The notes: generated by a model from the sequence alone, not told the origin. Positions 18,721-29,823 are shown, counted from the stretch's first letter. The stretch: DNA of 64,000 nt from Pseudomonadota bacterium (GCA_018823175.1 JAHJIY010000086.1:9625-73624), one strand, 5' to 3'. Made by a program: numbers and translations.

Positions 18721-19980
18721 ATGCCGAAAGACCACAGTGGTGATAGAGATGTGCTTTGTTCGTTCTGTGGGAAAGGGCAGGATGAGGTCAAGAAACTGAT
18801 TGCCGGTCCCACGGTTTATATTTGTGATGAATGCATCGAACTGTGTAATGATATTGTAAAAGAGGATCGGCATAAAGAGGCGGCCCATAATGAGAGGGCC
18901 GGGCTTAAGCCCATTGAGATCAAGGCCTTGCTGGATGAGTATGTTATCGGCCAGGATCAGGCGAAGAAGACTTTGGCCGTAGCCGTTCATAATCATTATA
19001 AACGGATTGATCTCCAGAAGAATGATGACGGCAAGGACGTTGAGCTGCAAAAAAGCAACATCATTATGATTGGGCCGACCGGTAGCGGCAAGACCCTGGT
19101 TGCCCAGACCTTGGCCCGGATTCTTAATGTGCCTTTCGCCATGGCTGATGCCACCACCTTGACCGAGGCGGGATATGTCGGTGAGGATGTGGAAAATATC
19201 CTGGTCAATCTGCTGCAGGCGGCGGATCATGACGTGAAAAAGGCCTCCTGCGGGATCGTCTATATTGACGAAATTGATAAAATAGCTCGTAAATCCGACA
19301 GTGCCTCGATCACCCGCGATGTATCCGGTGAAGGTGTTCAGCAGGCCTTGCTCAAGATTATCGAGGGCACGGTGGCCAGTATTCCGCCAAAGGGTGGTCG
19401 GAAGCATCCGCAGCAGGAATATATCAAGATCGATACCACTAATATTCTGTTTATCTGTGGCGGCGCCTTTGTCGGTCTTGAAGAAGTAATCAAGAAAAGG
19501 ACCGGCACCAAATCGATGGGATTTGGCGCCAAGGTGGTGGCTAACAGTAAAAAGAAAACCGGTGAGGTTCTTGCCCAGATCAGGTCGGAAGATCTTTTAC
19601 GGTTTGGGCTGATTCCGGAGTTTGTTGGTCGTTTGCCGGTAGTTGCCACCATGGAAGAGCTGGAAGAGGAGGATTTGATCAAGATACTGCGTGAACCCAA
19701 AAACGCTCTGACCAAACAGTACGAAAGATTGTTTGCTTACGATAATATTCGGTTGCGTTTTACCGAGGGCGCGTTGTCGGCCATTGCCCATGAGGCTCTT
19801 AAAAGAAAATCAGGAGCCAGGGGCTTACGAGCGGTAATGGAAGCCGCCATGCTTGATGTCATGTATGAACTGCCCTCCGATGTCGGAGTTAAAGAGTGCG
19901 TGATCAGTGAGCAGGTTATCCTCAATGGTGATTATCCTGTAGTTCTCTACGAGAATGAGAAGAAAAAGAAATCTGCCTGA
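18721..19980 (+). CDS. clpX: ATP-dependent Clp protease ATP-binding subunit ClpX
   Basis: N-terminal zinc finger CSFCGK...CDECI, Walker A GPTGSGKT and Walker B YIDEIDK. Confidence 0.95.
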   Translation: MPKDHSGDRDVLCSFCGKGQDEVKKLIAGPTVYICDECIELCNDIVKEDRHKEAAHNERAGLKPIEIKALLDEYVIGQDQAKKTLAVAVHNHYKRIDLQKNDDGKDVELQKSNIIMIGPTGSGKTLVAQTLARILNVPFAMADATTLTEAGYVGEDVENILVNLLQAADHDVKKASCGIVYIDEIDKIARKSDSASITRDVSGEGVQQALLKIIEGTVASIPPKGGRKHPQQEYIKIDTTNILFICGGAFVGLEEVIKKRTGTKSMGFGAKVVANSKKKTGEVLAQIRSEDLLRFGLIPEFVGRLPVVATMEELEEEDLIKILREPKNALTKQYERLFAYDNIRLRFTEGALSAIAHEALKRKSGARGLRAVMEAAMLDVMYELPSDVGVKECVISEQVILNGDYPVVLYENEKKKKSA

Positions 19981-20016
19981 TTTCTCGTAAAAATAGCGGT
20001 AAACCCGGTTTTAATT

Positions 20017-22425
20017 ATGAATCATATTGTTTACGAAGATAATGTTTATCCGATGATGTCCCTGCGGGACATCGTTCTTTTCCCTTATATGGTTGCGCCT
20101 CTGGTAGTGGGTCGTGAAAAATCGATCAGGGCCCTGGAAGAGGCGATGAGCAACCGGACCGAAATTTTTCTTGTTACCCAGAAAGATGGTTTGCAGGATG
20201 ATCCGGGCGAGGAAGATGTCTATAGTGCAGGTACCGTGGCCAATGTCCTGCAATTATTGCGGTTGCCTGACGGGACCATCAAGGCGCTGGTTGAGGGTAA
20301 AAAAAGAGGGGTGATTGCGGCCTTTGTTCCTAATGCTGATTTCCCGATTGTTGAGCTGGAAAAGATCGCTGATGATCCCCTGTCCGAGGGCGAGGCCAAT
20401 GCTTTCATGCGGACGATTCGTTCTTCTTTTAAGGAATATCAGGCCCATAATAATAAAATTCCCAAGGAGGTAATTAACTCCCTTGGCAAAATAGAAGATC
20501 CATCCAGGTTCGTCGATGTCTTGGCCTCGCACCTGCCGTTGAAGACTGAAGAAAAGCAGGCAATTCTGGGCGCTATTTCGCTGGCTGACCGGCTTACTCT
20601 TGTTTTGAGCATGCTTCACCGGGAGATCGAAATTGCCTCTCTTGAGGGCCGTATTCGTTCCCGGGTCAAGAAGAAGATGGAAAAAAGCCAGAAGGACTAC
20701 TATCTGGCCGAGCAGATGCGGGCGATTCAGAATGAGATGGGCGGTCAGGATGACGGTCATTCCGAGGTTGATGAACTGGAACAGGCGATCAAAGATAAGA
20801 ATCTGCCGGAAACGGTTCGGACTAAAGTAGAGAAGGAATTTAAAAAACTGAAGATGATGCCCGCCATGTCGGCCGAGGCCACTGTGGTAAGGAATTACAT
20901 CGATTACATCATAAGTCTGCCCTGGAATGATAAAACCGAGAGTCAGATTGATATCAATAAGGCTGAAGTAATTCTTGATGAAGATCATTTCGGACTGGCC
21001 AAGCCTAAAGAGCGGATTTTGGAATATCTGGCGGTTCAATCCCAGGTCAAGAAGGTAAAAGGTCCAATTCTTTGTCTGGTCGGCCCTCCCGGGGTTGGTA
21101 AAACTTCCCTTTGCAAGTCTGTGGCCCGGGCGATGGGTCGAGAGTTTGTGCGCCTTTCTCTGGGCGGGGTCCGTGATGAAGCTGAGATCCGTGGTCATCG
21201 ACGGACCTATATCGGGGCGATGCCCGGTAAGATCGTTCAATCTCTGCAAAAGGTGAAAGTTAACAATCCTGTTTTCTGTCTCGATGAAGTAGACAAGATG
21301 AGCATGGATTTCCGCGGCGATCCATCCGCCGCACTTCTCGAGGTGCTTGACCCGGAACAGAACAGCGCCTTTAATGATCATTATCTCGATCTTGACTATG
21401 ATCTTTCGGATGTATTTTTTATTACGACCGCCAATAATCTCCCGGCAATTCCTCCCCCTTTGCAGGATCGGATGGAGGTAATCAAACTAAGTGGTTATAC
21501 TGAGGAAGATAAGCTGCATATCGCCCAGGGATTTCTTGTTCCCAAGCAGTTGAAAGAAAACGGCTTTGAGCCTGGCGAAATTATCTTTAGTGAAGCAAGT
21601 CTGATGGAGATCGTGCAGCGTTATACCCGTGAGGCCGGGGTCCGTAATCTTGAAAGAAGTATTTCTTCGGTTTGCCGTAAAGTGGCCCGGGAACGGTTGA
21701 AGAAAAAATCGAACAAAAAATATCGGATTTCTCCTGCTTCCATTGCTAAATATCTTGGCGTTGCCAGGTATCGTTTTGGTTCGGCTGAAAAAAGCGACGA
21801 GGTCGGATTGTCGGTTGGTCTGGCCTGGACCGAGGTTGGCGGCGAGTTGCTGCAGATAGAGACGGTTTTAATGCCTGGCAAGGGTAAGTTGACCATTACC
21901 GGTAAACTTGGTGATGTTATGCAGGAATCGGCCCAGGCCGCGCTCAGTTATATCCGCTCAAGATCGGTAGCCTTGGGGTTTACGCCTGATTTTTATCAGA
22001 AGCTTGATATTCATATCCATGTGCCGGAAGGGGCTATTCCCAAAGATGGCCCGTCGGCCGGAATTACCATGGCTACTTCAATGGTTTCCGCTTTGTTGCA
22101 GGTTCCGGTTCGCAGGGATCTTGCCATGACCGGGGAGATCACCTTGCGTGGTTGCGTATTGCCGATCGGTGGTCTGACCGAGAAACTTCTTGCCGCTCGT
22201 CGGGGGAATATCAAACATGTCTTGATCCCGAAAGACAACGAGCGTGATTTGAAGGAGATTCCGGCCAAGATCTTGAAAAGCCTGGAGATTGAGCTGGTTG
22301 AGAATGCCGATGATGTTCTGGCCAGGGCCTTGATTTTACCCGAAGGTGAAGTGCTGTTTAAAGTCGTGCCCAACGTAAATTTTTGCGCTGAGATGGCGGA
22401 CACCGTAAACAATGTTCCTCATTAA
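20017..22425 (+). CDS. lon: Lon protease (LonA)
   Basis: 802 aa. LON N-domain, AAA+ motif GPPGVGKTS and a protease domain with PKDGPSAGI. Confidence 0.95.
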   Translation: MNHIVYEDNVYPMMSLRDIVLFPYMVAPLVVGREKSIRALEEAMSNRTEIFLVTQKDGLQDDPGEEDVYSAGTVANVLQLLRLPDGTIKALVEGKKRGVIAAFVPNADFPIVELEKIADDPLSEGEANAFMRTIRSSFKEYQAHNNKIPKEVINSLGKIEDPSRFVDVLASHLPLKTEEKQAILGAISLADRLTLVLSMLHREIEIASLEGRIRSRVKKKMEKSQKDYYLAEQMRAIQNEMGGQDDGHSEVDELEQAIKDKNLPETVRTKVEKEFKKLKMMPAMSAEATVVRNYIDYIISLPWNDKTESQIDINKAEVILDEDHFGLAKPKERILEYLAVQSQVKKVKGPILCLVGPPGVGKTSLCKSVARAMGREFVRLSLGGVRDEAEIRGHRRTYIGAMPGKIVQSLQKVKVNNPVFCLDEVDKMSMDFRGDPSAALLEVLDPEQNSAFNDHYLDLDYDLSDVFFITTANNLPAIPPPLQDRMEVIKLSGYTEEDKLHIAQGFLVPKQLKENGFEPGEIIFSEASLMEIVQRYTREAGVRNLERSISSVCRKVARERLKKKSNKKYRISPASIAKYLGVARYRFGSAEKSDEVGLSVGLAWTEVGGELLQIETVLMPGKGKLTITGKLGDVMQESAQAALSYIRSRSVALGFTPDFYQKLDIHIHVPEGAIPKDGPSAGITMATSMVSALLQVPVRRDLAMTGEITLRGCVLPIGGLTEKLLAARRGNIKHVLIPKDNERDLKEIPAKILKSLEIELVENADDVLARALILPEGEVLFKVVPNVNFCAEMADTVNNVPH

Positions 22426-22465
22426 CTGCTTGTTGTAAAAAAATGATTTCGGCGTAGTATTTTTC

Positions 22466-22494
22466 TTGACTAAGTAAGGCTATACTGTTAAAAA
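22466..22494 (+). promoter_or_regulatory. Putative sigma70 promoter for the tRNA-Val/tRNA-Asp pair (TTGACT-17-TAAAAA)
   Basis: TTGACT at 22466-22471, a 17-nt spacer and TAAAAA at 22489-22494, about 16 nt before tRNA-Val. Sequence match only. Confidence 0.3.
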
Positions 22495-22510
22495 ATCGCA
22501 TCAACAAATT

Positions 22511-22586
22511 GGGCGGTTAGCTCAGCTGGGAGAGCATCGGCCTTACAAGCCGAGGGTCACAAGTTCAATCCTTGTACCGCCCACCA
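22511..22586 (+). tRNA. tRNA-Val (anticodon TAC), CCA encoded
   Basis: Acceptor GGGCGGT/ACCGCCC, anticodon stem TCGGC/GCCGA with loop CTTACAA, T-loop GTTCAATC. 76 nt. Confidence 0.9.
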
Positions 22587-22595
22587 CCATATTGT

Positions 22596-22672
22596 GGGGT
22601 CGTAGTTCAGTTGGTTAGAATGCCGGCCTGTCACGCCGGATGTCGCCGGTTCGAGCCCGGTCGGCCCCGCCA
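22596..22672 (+). tRNA. tRNA-Asp (anticodon GTC), CCA encoded
   Basis: Acceptor GGGGTCG/CGGCCCC, anticodon stem CCGGC/GCCGG with loop CTGTCAC, T-loop GGTTCGAGCC. 77 nt. Confidence 0.9.
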
Positions 22673-22682
22673 GTCGTATCAA

Positions 22683-22718
22683 GGGATCAGCTAGAAATAG
22701 CTGGTCCCTTTTTTTTTT
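22683..22718 (+). terminator. Rho-independent terminator after the tRNA pair
   Basis: Stem GGGATCAGCT / AGCTGGTCCC (one G-U pair), 6-nt loop, followed by a T10 run. Confidence 0.8.
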
Positions 22719-22967
22719 CGTGATAGCTCAATTTATATTGAAACAGCTTAGAATGATATTTGATTTTTTTTTTAAATATTTTGCCCGGTTTTGTCATCTT
22801 AGATGAAAGCAGGCAGGATTAGACTCGCCATTTTTAAATTTAATCAAAATTAAGTTATAAAATTGAGAGAAAGTTTTTATATCTATTTGGCATGTTTATC
22901 GAGAAGATTGAACGTAAGCCATGATGACTAATAGCTGACTGTTACCTTTTTTCACCCGGAGACTACG

Positions 22968-23720
22968 ATGAAACCGAGAGTAAAAATAGCTGCCGCCCCT
23001 ACTCCTGATGGAGGCGAGATGGTACTTTATCAGCATGACCGCGATTTTTTTATCAAGGTTAACGGTGAGGATTTGATGCACAGTCGTCACTATGAGTCTG
23101 AATTGGAGTTGGCGCGACTTGGTTGCAGACATCTGGTCGGTCGCAAGACGCCGCCCAGCATACTTATTGGTGGCCTGGGAATGGGCTATACCTTGCGCCA
23201 GGTTCTTGATCTGCTCGGCCCTACTTGCCAGGTTGTGGTGGCAGAGTTGTTGCCGATTGTGGTTGAATGGAATCGCATGTTCTTCGGGGATCTTAACGGT
23301 CAACCCCTGTCTGATGAACGAGTTGACCTGCAGGTTGTTGATGTTCTGGAGATTATATCCGGTTCCAAGAGCAGATTTGATGCGATCCTGCTGGATATTG
23401 ATAATGGTCCTAAAGCAATGACCGATGCCGGGAACAGTCGTTTATATGCCTATGAAGGAATTCTGGCTTGTTGTCTGGCGCTCCGCAAACAGGGGTGTCT
23501 GGCGGTATGGTCGGCCGGGGCAAGTAAAGAATTCGAGGAGCTCCTGATGACCTGCGGTTTGCATGTGCGCCGATACCGGGTTCCTGCCTATAAGGGGAGT
23601 AAGTCGCAGTCCCGGTTTGTATGGGTCGCTTCGGCCAGCAAGAGTGTGCTGCCGCCTGGCGGCGGTGAGCCGCGGCGGTCGGGGAAGAATGAAGCGAAGG
23701 GCAAGCGCCGCCATTCTTGA
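22968..23720 (+). CDS. Spermidine-synthase-like class I SAM-dependent methyltransferase family protein
   Basis: 250 aa. ILIGGLGMGYTLRQVLD (motif I) and ILLDIDNGP resemble the spermine/spermidine synthase fold. Has a basic C-terminal tail. Confidence 0.6.
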   Translation: MKPRVKIAAAPTPDGGEMVLYQHDRDFFIKVNGEDLMHSRHYESELELARLGCRHLVGRKTPPSILIGGLGMGYTLRQVLDLLGPTCQVVVAELLPIVVEWNRMFFGDLNGQPLSDERVDLQVVDVLEIISGSKSRFDAILLDIDNGPKAMTDAGNSRLYAYEGILACCLALRKQGCLAVWSAGASKEFEELLMTCGLHVRRYRVPAYKGSKSQSRFVWVASASKSVLPPGGGEPRRSGKNEAKGKRRHS

Positions 23721-23748
23721 CTGATTAATTCGTAGGTTTTGGGCGACG

Positions 23749-24321
23749 CTAAGTCTGGTCTTGCTCTCTTTCCTGTTGCTGTTTTTTGGAGAGCTGTTTT
23801 AAACGAAGTTTTGCCTCGGAGATAATCTGCGTGTTTGCGGGGATTAATTTGTAAGCAGGTACTTCCAGTTCAAAGGGGATGTCTTCCAAAATGATGTCCC
23901 GACCTAGATTTGTTTTCAGGGTAAGTTTCTCCATGGTGCTGTTAATTTTCAGCTTCACGGTGCCTGATTGCAGAACAAATTTGTTTTCATGTCCTTTGTA
24001 GACTGAAGTTCGAATAATATTTCGGGCAAAATTTGAGATACTCAGTTCGATATCAGTCACAAAATCTTCAATCTGCAGCCCGTCCAAAGTCATTTTTTTA
24101 GTCAGTTCATCATTAAACCATTTCTTGGTAAAGGGCAGCAGAATGTGTTTTGCAAAAACAGTTTCTATTTCTTCCTCGGTAATTGAAAAATAATAGGAGG
24201 CGATCTCGCCAAATAATTTGTCTTTGTGTTTCTCTTGTAAATTCAGAATGTTTCTCAGCTGGTCTCGGCTGATCACCCCTTCTCTTTGCAGAATCCAGCC
24301 GAATTTAATGTAGCGCGACAT
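23749..24321 (-). CDS. Hypothetical protein with N-terminal MshEN/T2SSE_N-like tandem motif
   Basis: 190 aa. KFGWILQREGVISRDQLRNILNLQ followed 6 residues later by LFGEIASYYFSITEEEIETVFAKH resembles the tandem 24-residue MshEN motif. The C-terminal ~110 aa are unassigned. Confidence 0.35.
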   Translation of the reverse strand: MSRYIKFGWILQREGVISRDQLRNILNLQEKHKDKLFGEIASYYFSITEEEIETVFAKHILLPFTKKWFNDELTKKMTLDGLQIEDFVTDIELSISNFARNIIRTSVYKGHENKFVLQSGTVKLKINSTMEKLTLKTNLGRDIILEDIPFELEVPAYKLIPANTQIISEAKLRLKQLSKKQQQEREQDQT

Positions 24322-24552
24322 TTTTTCATTATCAGGTTGAGATTTAAAAGAGAGAGACTGACCTCGTTAATCTATTTATTATAAGGTAATAATGGCGATT
24401 TGGGAAACGGGTTGAAATATATTATTGAAATGGACTTTTCATTGATTATTCAAATAGATATTTTGCCGGCAGTTAATTGACATCCAGTAGGGAATAATTA
24501 TTTTATAAGTAGGTAAAATGATTAATTTAAATATCTGAAAGGGGGTGACGTT

Positions 24553-25005
24553 ATGTACGGTATTGTACCATTTCGTAGCCAAGGATTAGCATCGGTTTTG
24601 CGCAACATGGACGAAATCTTCAAGCGAGTTTGGCATGACATCCCACTCAATGAATGGAATGTTGATTTTGGCGGTGACTGGTTGCCGCCGGTTGATCTGA
24701 CCGAAAGCAAGGATTCCGTCACCGTTAAGGTTGAGTTGCCCGGACTTGAGAAGAAAGATGTCGACTTGACCGTGAACGAAGGATTGTTGACGATCAAGGG
24801 CGAGAAGAAGGAAGAGAAGAAGGAGACTGATAAGTATTTCCATCGGATCGAGCGTAGTTTCGGTAGCTTCATCCGGACCTTCCGGCTCCCGGCCGGAGTG
24901 AAGGAAGATAAGGTGAAAGCCGAGTTTAAGGATGGTGTCTTGATTGTCACTCTGCCGAAAGCTGAGGAAGAAATCAAGAAAGTGACCCACGTTGAGATCC
25001 ATTAG
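24553..25005 (+). CDS. Hsp20/alpha-crystallin family small heat shock protein
   Basis: 150 aa. Alpha-crystallin domain (PVDLTESKDSVTVKVELPGLEKKDVDLTV...FGSFIRTFRLP...GVLIVTLPK). Confidence 0.9.
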   Translation: MYGIVPFRSQGLASVLRNMDEIFKRVWHDIPLNEWNVDFGGDWLPPVDLTESKDSVTVKVELPGLEKKDVDLTVNEGLLTIKGEKKEEKKETDKYFHRIERSFGSFIRTFRLPAGVKEDKVKAEFKDGVLIVTLPKAEEEIKKVTHVEIH

Positions 25006-25033
25006 TCAGTTCAGTTCTCTTTCTTAACCAAAA

Positions 25034-25061
25034 GACCCGCGTTTTCAGCGGGTCTTTTTTT
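25034..25061 (+). terminator. Rho-independent terminator after hsp20
   Basis: GACCCGC - gttttca - GCGGGTC followed by T7. Confidence 0.85.
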
Positions 25062-25229
25062 GTGTTTGCCAAAGATAAAAACTGGAATAGTCTTCAGGTA
25101 ATTGTTAATTATAGGTTTGTGGGATTTGATCAATAATTTATAGTATGAGTGACAAAATTGCCTGAAAGGGATATGATTAATGGTTTCGAGATGATTATGG
25201 CTTTTGATTGTTCGGGGTGATGGGTTTTA

Positions 25230-26150
25230 ATGTCGATTATTCATAGTTTGCAAAGCATATTGTCTGGTGATCGTAAGGGAATAACGTTTATCAGGACGCT
25301 TCTTAATTTTATGTTGATTGCCTTGATCGCTAATCTGGCGGCCTCGTTGACCTGGGAATTGGCCGGTGTTTCCGGGGGTGACGGCGCGGTGGCCTCGGTG
25401 ACAACCGCAAACGGTCCGCTGAGCAAGAAGGGTAGGGTCGGCATGCGGACAGCCAAGGTTTCTGATTCTGTTGATCTGCATCTTTTCGGCAATGCCGGGA
25501 AGGTCGTAGTCCGTGATCTTAACGATGAACCGACTTCCGCCCCCCAGACTACTTTGAGTCTGGTCCTGAAAGGAATTGTTTTCTCATCGGATACGAGCAG
25601 GGGGCTTGCGATAATCGCTGAGAAAAACAAGACCCAGATCGATAATGTCTATGGTATCGGGGATCAGGTGCCGGGTGATGCCGTGATCAGCGAGATATAT
25701 AATGACCGGGTCATTCTGTTGAGAAACGGGCAACCTGAGACCTTAATGCTTATTGACGTTCTGGTCTCTGAGTCCGCCCCGGTAAGAAGGTCGGTCAGTC
25801 GGGAGAAGATCAGAAGCACGGGAGATGGCAATAAGTTTGCGATAAACGGCAGTTATCTTGATGAAAGGTTGCAGGATATTCCTTCGCTGGCCAAGGAGAT
25901 CGGGGTTGAGGTCTATAAAGAAGATGGTGTCTCGGTCGGCTTTAAGCTGATTTCTTCTCGGGGCAGCAAGTTGTTGACTGATTTGGGGCTGCAGGCCGGG
26001 GATGTCTTGTATGAAGTGAACGGCGTCCGGCTTAATAGTATTCATGGGGGGCTTGAGGCCTATAAGCGGCTGAAGGAAGCGTCTCAGGTCAGGGTTATGA
26101 TCGGCCGAAACGGGAACCGTGAGAACAGGGTTTATTCGATTAACCGGTAG
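25230..26150 (+). CDS. gspC: Type II secretion system protein C (PDZ domain)
   Basis: 306 aa. N-terminal TM helix, a HR-like middle region and a C-terminal PDZ (LGLQAGDVLYEVNGVRL). First gene of the gsp cluster. Confidence 0.8.
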   Translation: MSIIHSLQSILSGDRKGITFIRTLLNFMLIALIANLAASLTWELAGVSGGDGAVASVTTANGPLSKKGRVGMRTAKVSDSVDLHLFGNAGKVVVRDLNDEPTSAPQTTLSLVLKGIVFSSDTSRGLAIIAEKNKTQIDNVYGIGDQVPGDAVISEIYNDRVILLRNGQPETLMLIDVLVSESAPVRRSVSREKIRSTGDGNKFAINGSYLDERLQDIPSLAKEIGVEVYKEDGVSVGFKLISSRGSKLLTDLGLQAGDVLYEVNGVRLNSIHGGLEAYKRLKEASQVRVMIGRNGNRENRVYSINR

Positions 26151-26341
26151 ACTTCTTTTGTTTTAAAAGGGCTTGCCGCGCCCGGCAGCAAATCTTTAAT
26201 TGTCTGAGCATTCGAGCGGCGGGGAAACTCCGGACCTTAGGAGTTATTAACAATCAGATCAGTGCGCGGATCGGACGGCAGGGAGATGTTTTCTGATCCC
26301 ATAAGTCGCGAGGAACGCCTGCTGATCGTGTTCAAAGAAAA

Positions 26342-28303
26342 GTGAAAATGGGAAAAACGCATAGCTGTAAGAAATTGCTGATGGTGCTGATCGTTTCTTT
26401 TTTGATTGTTTTGCCCCGGGTGAGTCCGGCTGAGCTTGAGGTCAGTGATGAGGGCAAGGTTACGGTCAACTTCCAGGATGTGGATATCAGAACGGTGGCA
26501 AAATCGGTCGCTAAGATAACCGGCCGGAGTTTTCTTCTGGATCCGGATATTAAGGGGAATGTGACCATTATTTCATCGGAGCCGGTGTCTGAAAATGAGC
26601 TTTATCCGCTTTTTCTCGCGATTCTGCAGGTCCATGATTTTGTCGCCATTGATAGTGATAACGTAACTAAAATTATTCCTCTGGTTCGGGCCAAACATGA
26701 CAATTTTACGGTAATTGATAGTGAAGGGGACCAGAGTCCGGCCGATAGTGTCGTGACCATCATTTATAAATTGCAGTATGTCGCGGCAGACCAGTTAGTG
26801 CCTATCCTGCGGCCGTTGGTTCCGGCCAAATGTTATCTTGCCGCCCAGGTGGACAGCAATATGCTGATTATCTCCGATCGCAAGGCAAATATTGATCGGT
26901 TAACCGAAATAATCAAGAAGATTGACCTGGAGGAGTCCGGCGATATCGAGATTATGAAACTTGAATATGCCGACGCCGGAGAGGTGGTCTCCGTCATCGA
27001 GGGCCTGGAAGGGAAAGCCAATCCCAAGCGCAATGATAAAAGTTTGCGGCTTATTGCCGATGCCCGGACCAACAGTATTCTTTTAAGTGGCAGCAGTTAT
27101 AATATCCTGCGGATCAAAACCCTGATCACTCATCTTGACTCGCCTATTGAATCAGAGGGTACCACCCAGGTTATTTTCCTGCGCTATGCCAAGGCCAAGG
27201 ATCTGGTCGATATTCTGCGCGGCGTTGATGCCCAGAGTGCAGATAAAAAAAATATCAAACCGTCATCCCAGCGGACCGATCTCATGATTCAGGCCGACGA
27301 ATCGACTAATGCCCTGATTATTAACGCGGCGCCGGCCGTCATGAAAAATATTCGGGCCGTGATCCGTACCCTTGATATCCGCCGGACTCAGGTGTTGATC
27401 GAGGCGATCATCGCCGAGGTTTCAACCGATAAGGGTGCAGAATTAGGGGTCCAGTGGCGGTTGACCGACATGACCAATTCAAGTGATGACGGTTTTATCG
27501 GCGGCACTAATTTTAACACCGGTGATGCCAGTCCGGGCATTAATATTTTGAGCGGCGATCCCGTTTCCGGGGTTATGGGGCTTAATGGCTTTAATCTCGG
27601 CTATGTCAAGGGTACGGCGAGTATTTTGGGTAATACTGTACTGAATATCGGTACTCTGGTCTCGGCCCTGGCCGCCGACGGCGATGCCAATATTCTTTCC
27701 ACCCCCTCGCTGGTGACCATGGACAACGAAGAGGCCGAGATCGTGGTCGGCAAGAATGTGCCTTTTGCCACCGGCAGCTATACCTCGACCGGCAGCAGTA
27801 ACCCGCAAAATCCATTTACTACCTATGAGCGTCATGATGTCGGCGTCAAGCTTAAGGTGATGCCCCAGATCAATGAAGACGATACGATCAGGCTCGATAT
27901 CGTGCAGGAGGTGTCGAATCTGACTTCCGTCGCCACCGATGGCGGGCCGATCACCAATAATCGGACGATTAAAACCATTGTCATGATGGATAACGGTAAA
28001 ATCCTGGTTCTGGGAGGTTTGATCAGCGACGATGTCTCGGAGGTTGAGCAACGAGTGCCGATCCTCGGCAGTATTCCATTAATCGGATATTTTTTCCGTT
28101 ATACCAAAACCGGTCATAATAAACAGAACCTGATGGTTTTCCTGAAGGCGACAATTCTGCGGGATGAAAACGATAGCAACAAGATCACCTTTGATAAATA
28201 TGATTACATGAGACGTCTGCAGATTGATTATCGGGAAGATGGCATCTCTTTGATGCCCGATGAGGTTTCGCCGGTGATGGATGAAATCAAGAAGATTGAA
28301 TAA
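26342..28303 (+). CDS. gspD: Type II secretion system secretin GspD
   Basis: 653 aa. Signal peptide, N0-N3 domains (VNFQDVDIRTVAKSVAKITGRSF) and a C-terminal secretin domain (VPILGSIPLIGYFF). GTG at 26342 or ATG at 26348. Confidence 0.95.
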   Translation: MKMGKTHSCKKLLMVLIVSFLIVLPRVSPAELEVSDEGKVTVNFQDVDIRTVAKSVAKITGRSFLLDPDIKGNVTIISSEPVSENELYPLFLAILQVHDFVAIDSDNVTKIIPLVRAKHDNFTVIDSEGDQSPADSVVTIIYKLQYVAADQLVPILRPLVPAKCYLAAQVDSNMLIISDRKANIDRLTEIIKKIDLEESGDIEIMKLEYADAGEVVSVIEGLEGKANPKRNDKSLRLIADARTNSILLSGSSYNILRIKTLITHLDSPIESEGTTQVIFLRYAKAKDLVDILRGVDAQSADKKNIKPSSQRTDLMIQADESTNALIINAAPAVMKNIRAVIRTLDIRRTQVLIEAIIAEVSTDKGAELGVQWRLTDMTNSSDDGFIGGTNFNTGDASPGINILSGDPVSGVMGLNGFNLGYVKGTASILGNTVLNIGTLVSALAADGDANILSTPSLVTMDNEEAEIVVGKNVPFATGSYTSTGSSNPQNPFTTYERHDVGVKLKVMPQINEDDTIRLDIVQEVSNLTSVATDGGPITNNRTIKTIVMMDNGKILVLGGLISDDVSEVEQRVPILGSIPLIGYFFRYTKTGHNKQNLMVFLKATILRDENDSNKITFDKYDYMRRLQIDYREDGISLMPDEVSPVMDEIKKIE

Positions 28304-28308
28304 TTTAT

Positions 28309-29823
28309 ATGCTTTCTGAAAAAAACATATCGGTTAAAAGACTGCCTTTCTCTTTTGCCAAAAGACACGGCGTGCTTCTGGTCGGGGTTGAGAACGACAA
28401 GGCCCTGGTTACCTGTCGTAACGGTTTACTGCCTTCGGCCCTGGTCGAGATCCGGCGCTTTGCCGGCATGCCTCTGCAGCTTTCGAGGGTTGATCGTGAA
28501 CGCTTTGATACCCTTTTGCAGCAATATTATGAAGGCGGTTCCAGCGATGCCATGCAGATTGCCGATGACCTCGGTGATGATTTTGATCTGCATAGTATCG
28601 CCGAGCAGATGCCGGAAACCGAGGACTTGCTGGAGAGCGAAGATGATGCCCCGATTATCCGGTTGATTAACGGACTGCTGACCGAGGCGATCAAGGAGAA
28701 TGCCTCGGACATTCATATCGAACCATACGAGAGCCGTTTACGGATCCGCCTGCGGGTTGACGGGGTCTTGCGGGAAATTCTGCAGCCGGCTCGGGTACTG
28801 GCGCCGCTGATTATTTCACGGATCAAGGTCATGGCCCGGCTCGATATCGCCGAGAAGAGACTGCCCCAGGACGGGCGGATATCGTTACGGATCGCCGGGC
28901 GACCGGTAGATGTTCGGGTTTCGACCATCCCTTCGGCGGCCGGTGAGAGGGTGGTGTTGCGTTTGCTCGATAAACAGGTAGGGCGCCTTGATTTTCAGAA
29001 TCTCGGGATGTCGGATGTAATCCTGCCGGTCATGAATCGGTTGATTAATCGGCCCAACGGTATTTTGCTGGTGACCGGGCCGACCGGCTCCGGCAAGACC
29101 ACCACCCTCTATGCCGGTCTTACCGTGCTCAATAAAAACAGCCGCAATATCATGACGGTTGAAGATCCGATTGAATACTATCTCGACGGGATCAGTCAGA
29201 CCCAGGTCAATACCAAGGTCGAGATGACTTTTGCCAAGGGCTTGCGGGCCATTCTGCGTCAGGATCCCGATGTGGTAATGATCGGTGAAATCCGGGATCT
29301 GGAAACCGCTGAAATTGCAGTCCAGGCCAGTCTCACCGGTCATCTGGTCCTTTCCACCCTGCACACCAATACCGCGGTGGGGGCGATGACCCGGCTGCGG
29401 GACATGGGGGTTGAGCCGTTTCTGTTGTCGTCGACTATTGTCGGGGTGCTTTCCCAGCGGTTGGTTCGGGTCTTGTGTGAGCATTGCAAAAGGCCGTATC
29501 AGGCGACCAGGTCTGAGTGTGTGAGTCTGGGAATCAGTGTCGATAATCCACCGACCTTTCATGCCGCGGTGGGTTGTGATAAATGTAAGCAGAATGGGTA
29601 TACCGGTCGGACCGGCATTTATGAGCTGGTTGAAATGGATGATACCATCCGGACCATGATTCATGACGGAACCAGTGAACATGAGATTGAAAAATACGCC
29701 CGCCTCCGCTCCGCCCATATCAGACAGGATGGCCTGCGGCGTATTCTCTCCGGCGACACCTCGATTGAAGAAGTATTGCGGGTAACGGCCGAGGACCAGA
29801 AAGAAGACCCTCTGGAACCATGA
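28309..29823 (+). CDS. gspE: Type II secretion system ATPase GspE
   Basis: 504 aa. Walker [10 protein letters not shown], Asp/His boxes and a tetracysteine motif (CEHCK...CDKCK). The N1 domain is of the GspE type. Confidence 0.95.
   Translation: MLSEKNISVKRLPFSFAKRHGVLLVGVENDKALVTCRNGLLPSALVEIRRFAGMPLQLSRVDRERFDTLLQQYYEGGSSDAMQIADDLGDDFDLHSIAEQMPETEDLLESEDDAPIIRLINGLLTEAIKENASDIHIEPYESRLRIRLRVDGVLREILQPARVLAPLIISRIKVMARLDIAEKRLPQDGRISLRIAGRPVDVRVSTIPSAAGERVVLRLLDKQVGRLDFQNLGMSDVILPVMNRLINRPNGILLVTGPTGSGKTTTLYAGLTVLNKNSRNIMTVEDPIEYYLDGISQTQVNTKVEMTFAKGLRAILRQDPDVVMIGEIRDLETAEIAVQASLTGHLVLSTLHTNTAVGAMTRLRDMGVEPFLLSSTIVGVLSQRLVRVLCEHCKRPYQATRSECVSLGISVDNPPTFHAAVGCDKCKQNGYTGRTGIYELVEMDDTIRTMIHDGTSEHEIEKYARLRSAHIRQDGLRRILSGDTSIEEVLRVTAEDQKEDPLEP

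Noticed and set aside
20254-21381. 375-aa ORF antisense to lon. Similar long antisense ORFs lie at 18685-19407 (in clpX), 28885-29718 (in gspE), 38747-39610 (in the decahaem gene) and 42495-43526 (in the beta-barrel gene).
   Set aside because: Each lies wholly inside a confidently identified gene on the other strand. Their sequences are low-complexity or Arg/Pro/Gly-rich with no recognisable motifs. They are most simply explained by codon bias leaving the antisense frame open.
24322-24552. Looked for sigma32, sigma54 or CIRCE/HAIR-type heat-shock control elements upstream of hsp20.
   Set aside because: Only weak partial matches were found (TGGACT-N5-TTGA, and GTTGAAA without a CCCCAT partner). 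Nothing meets consensus spacing.
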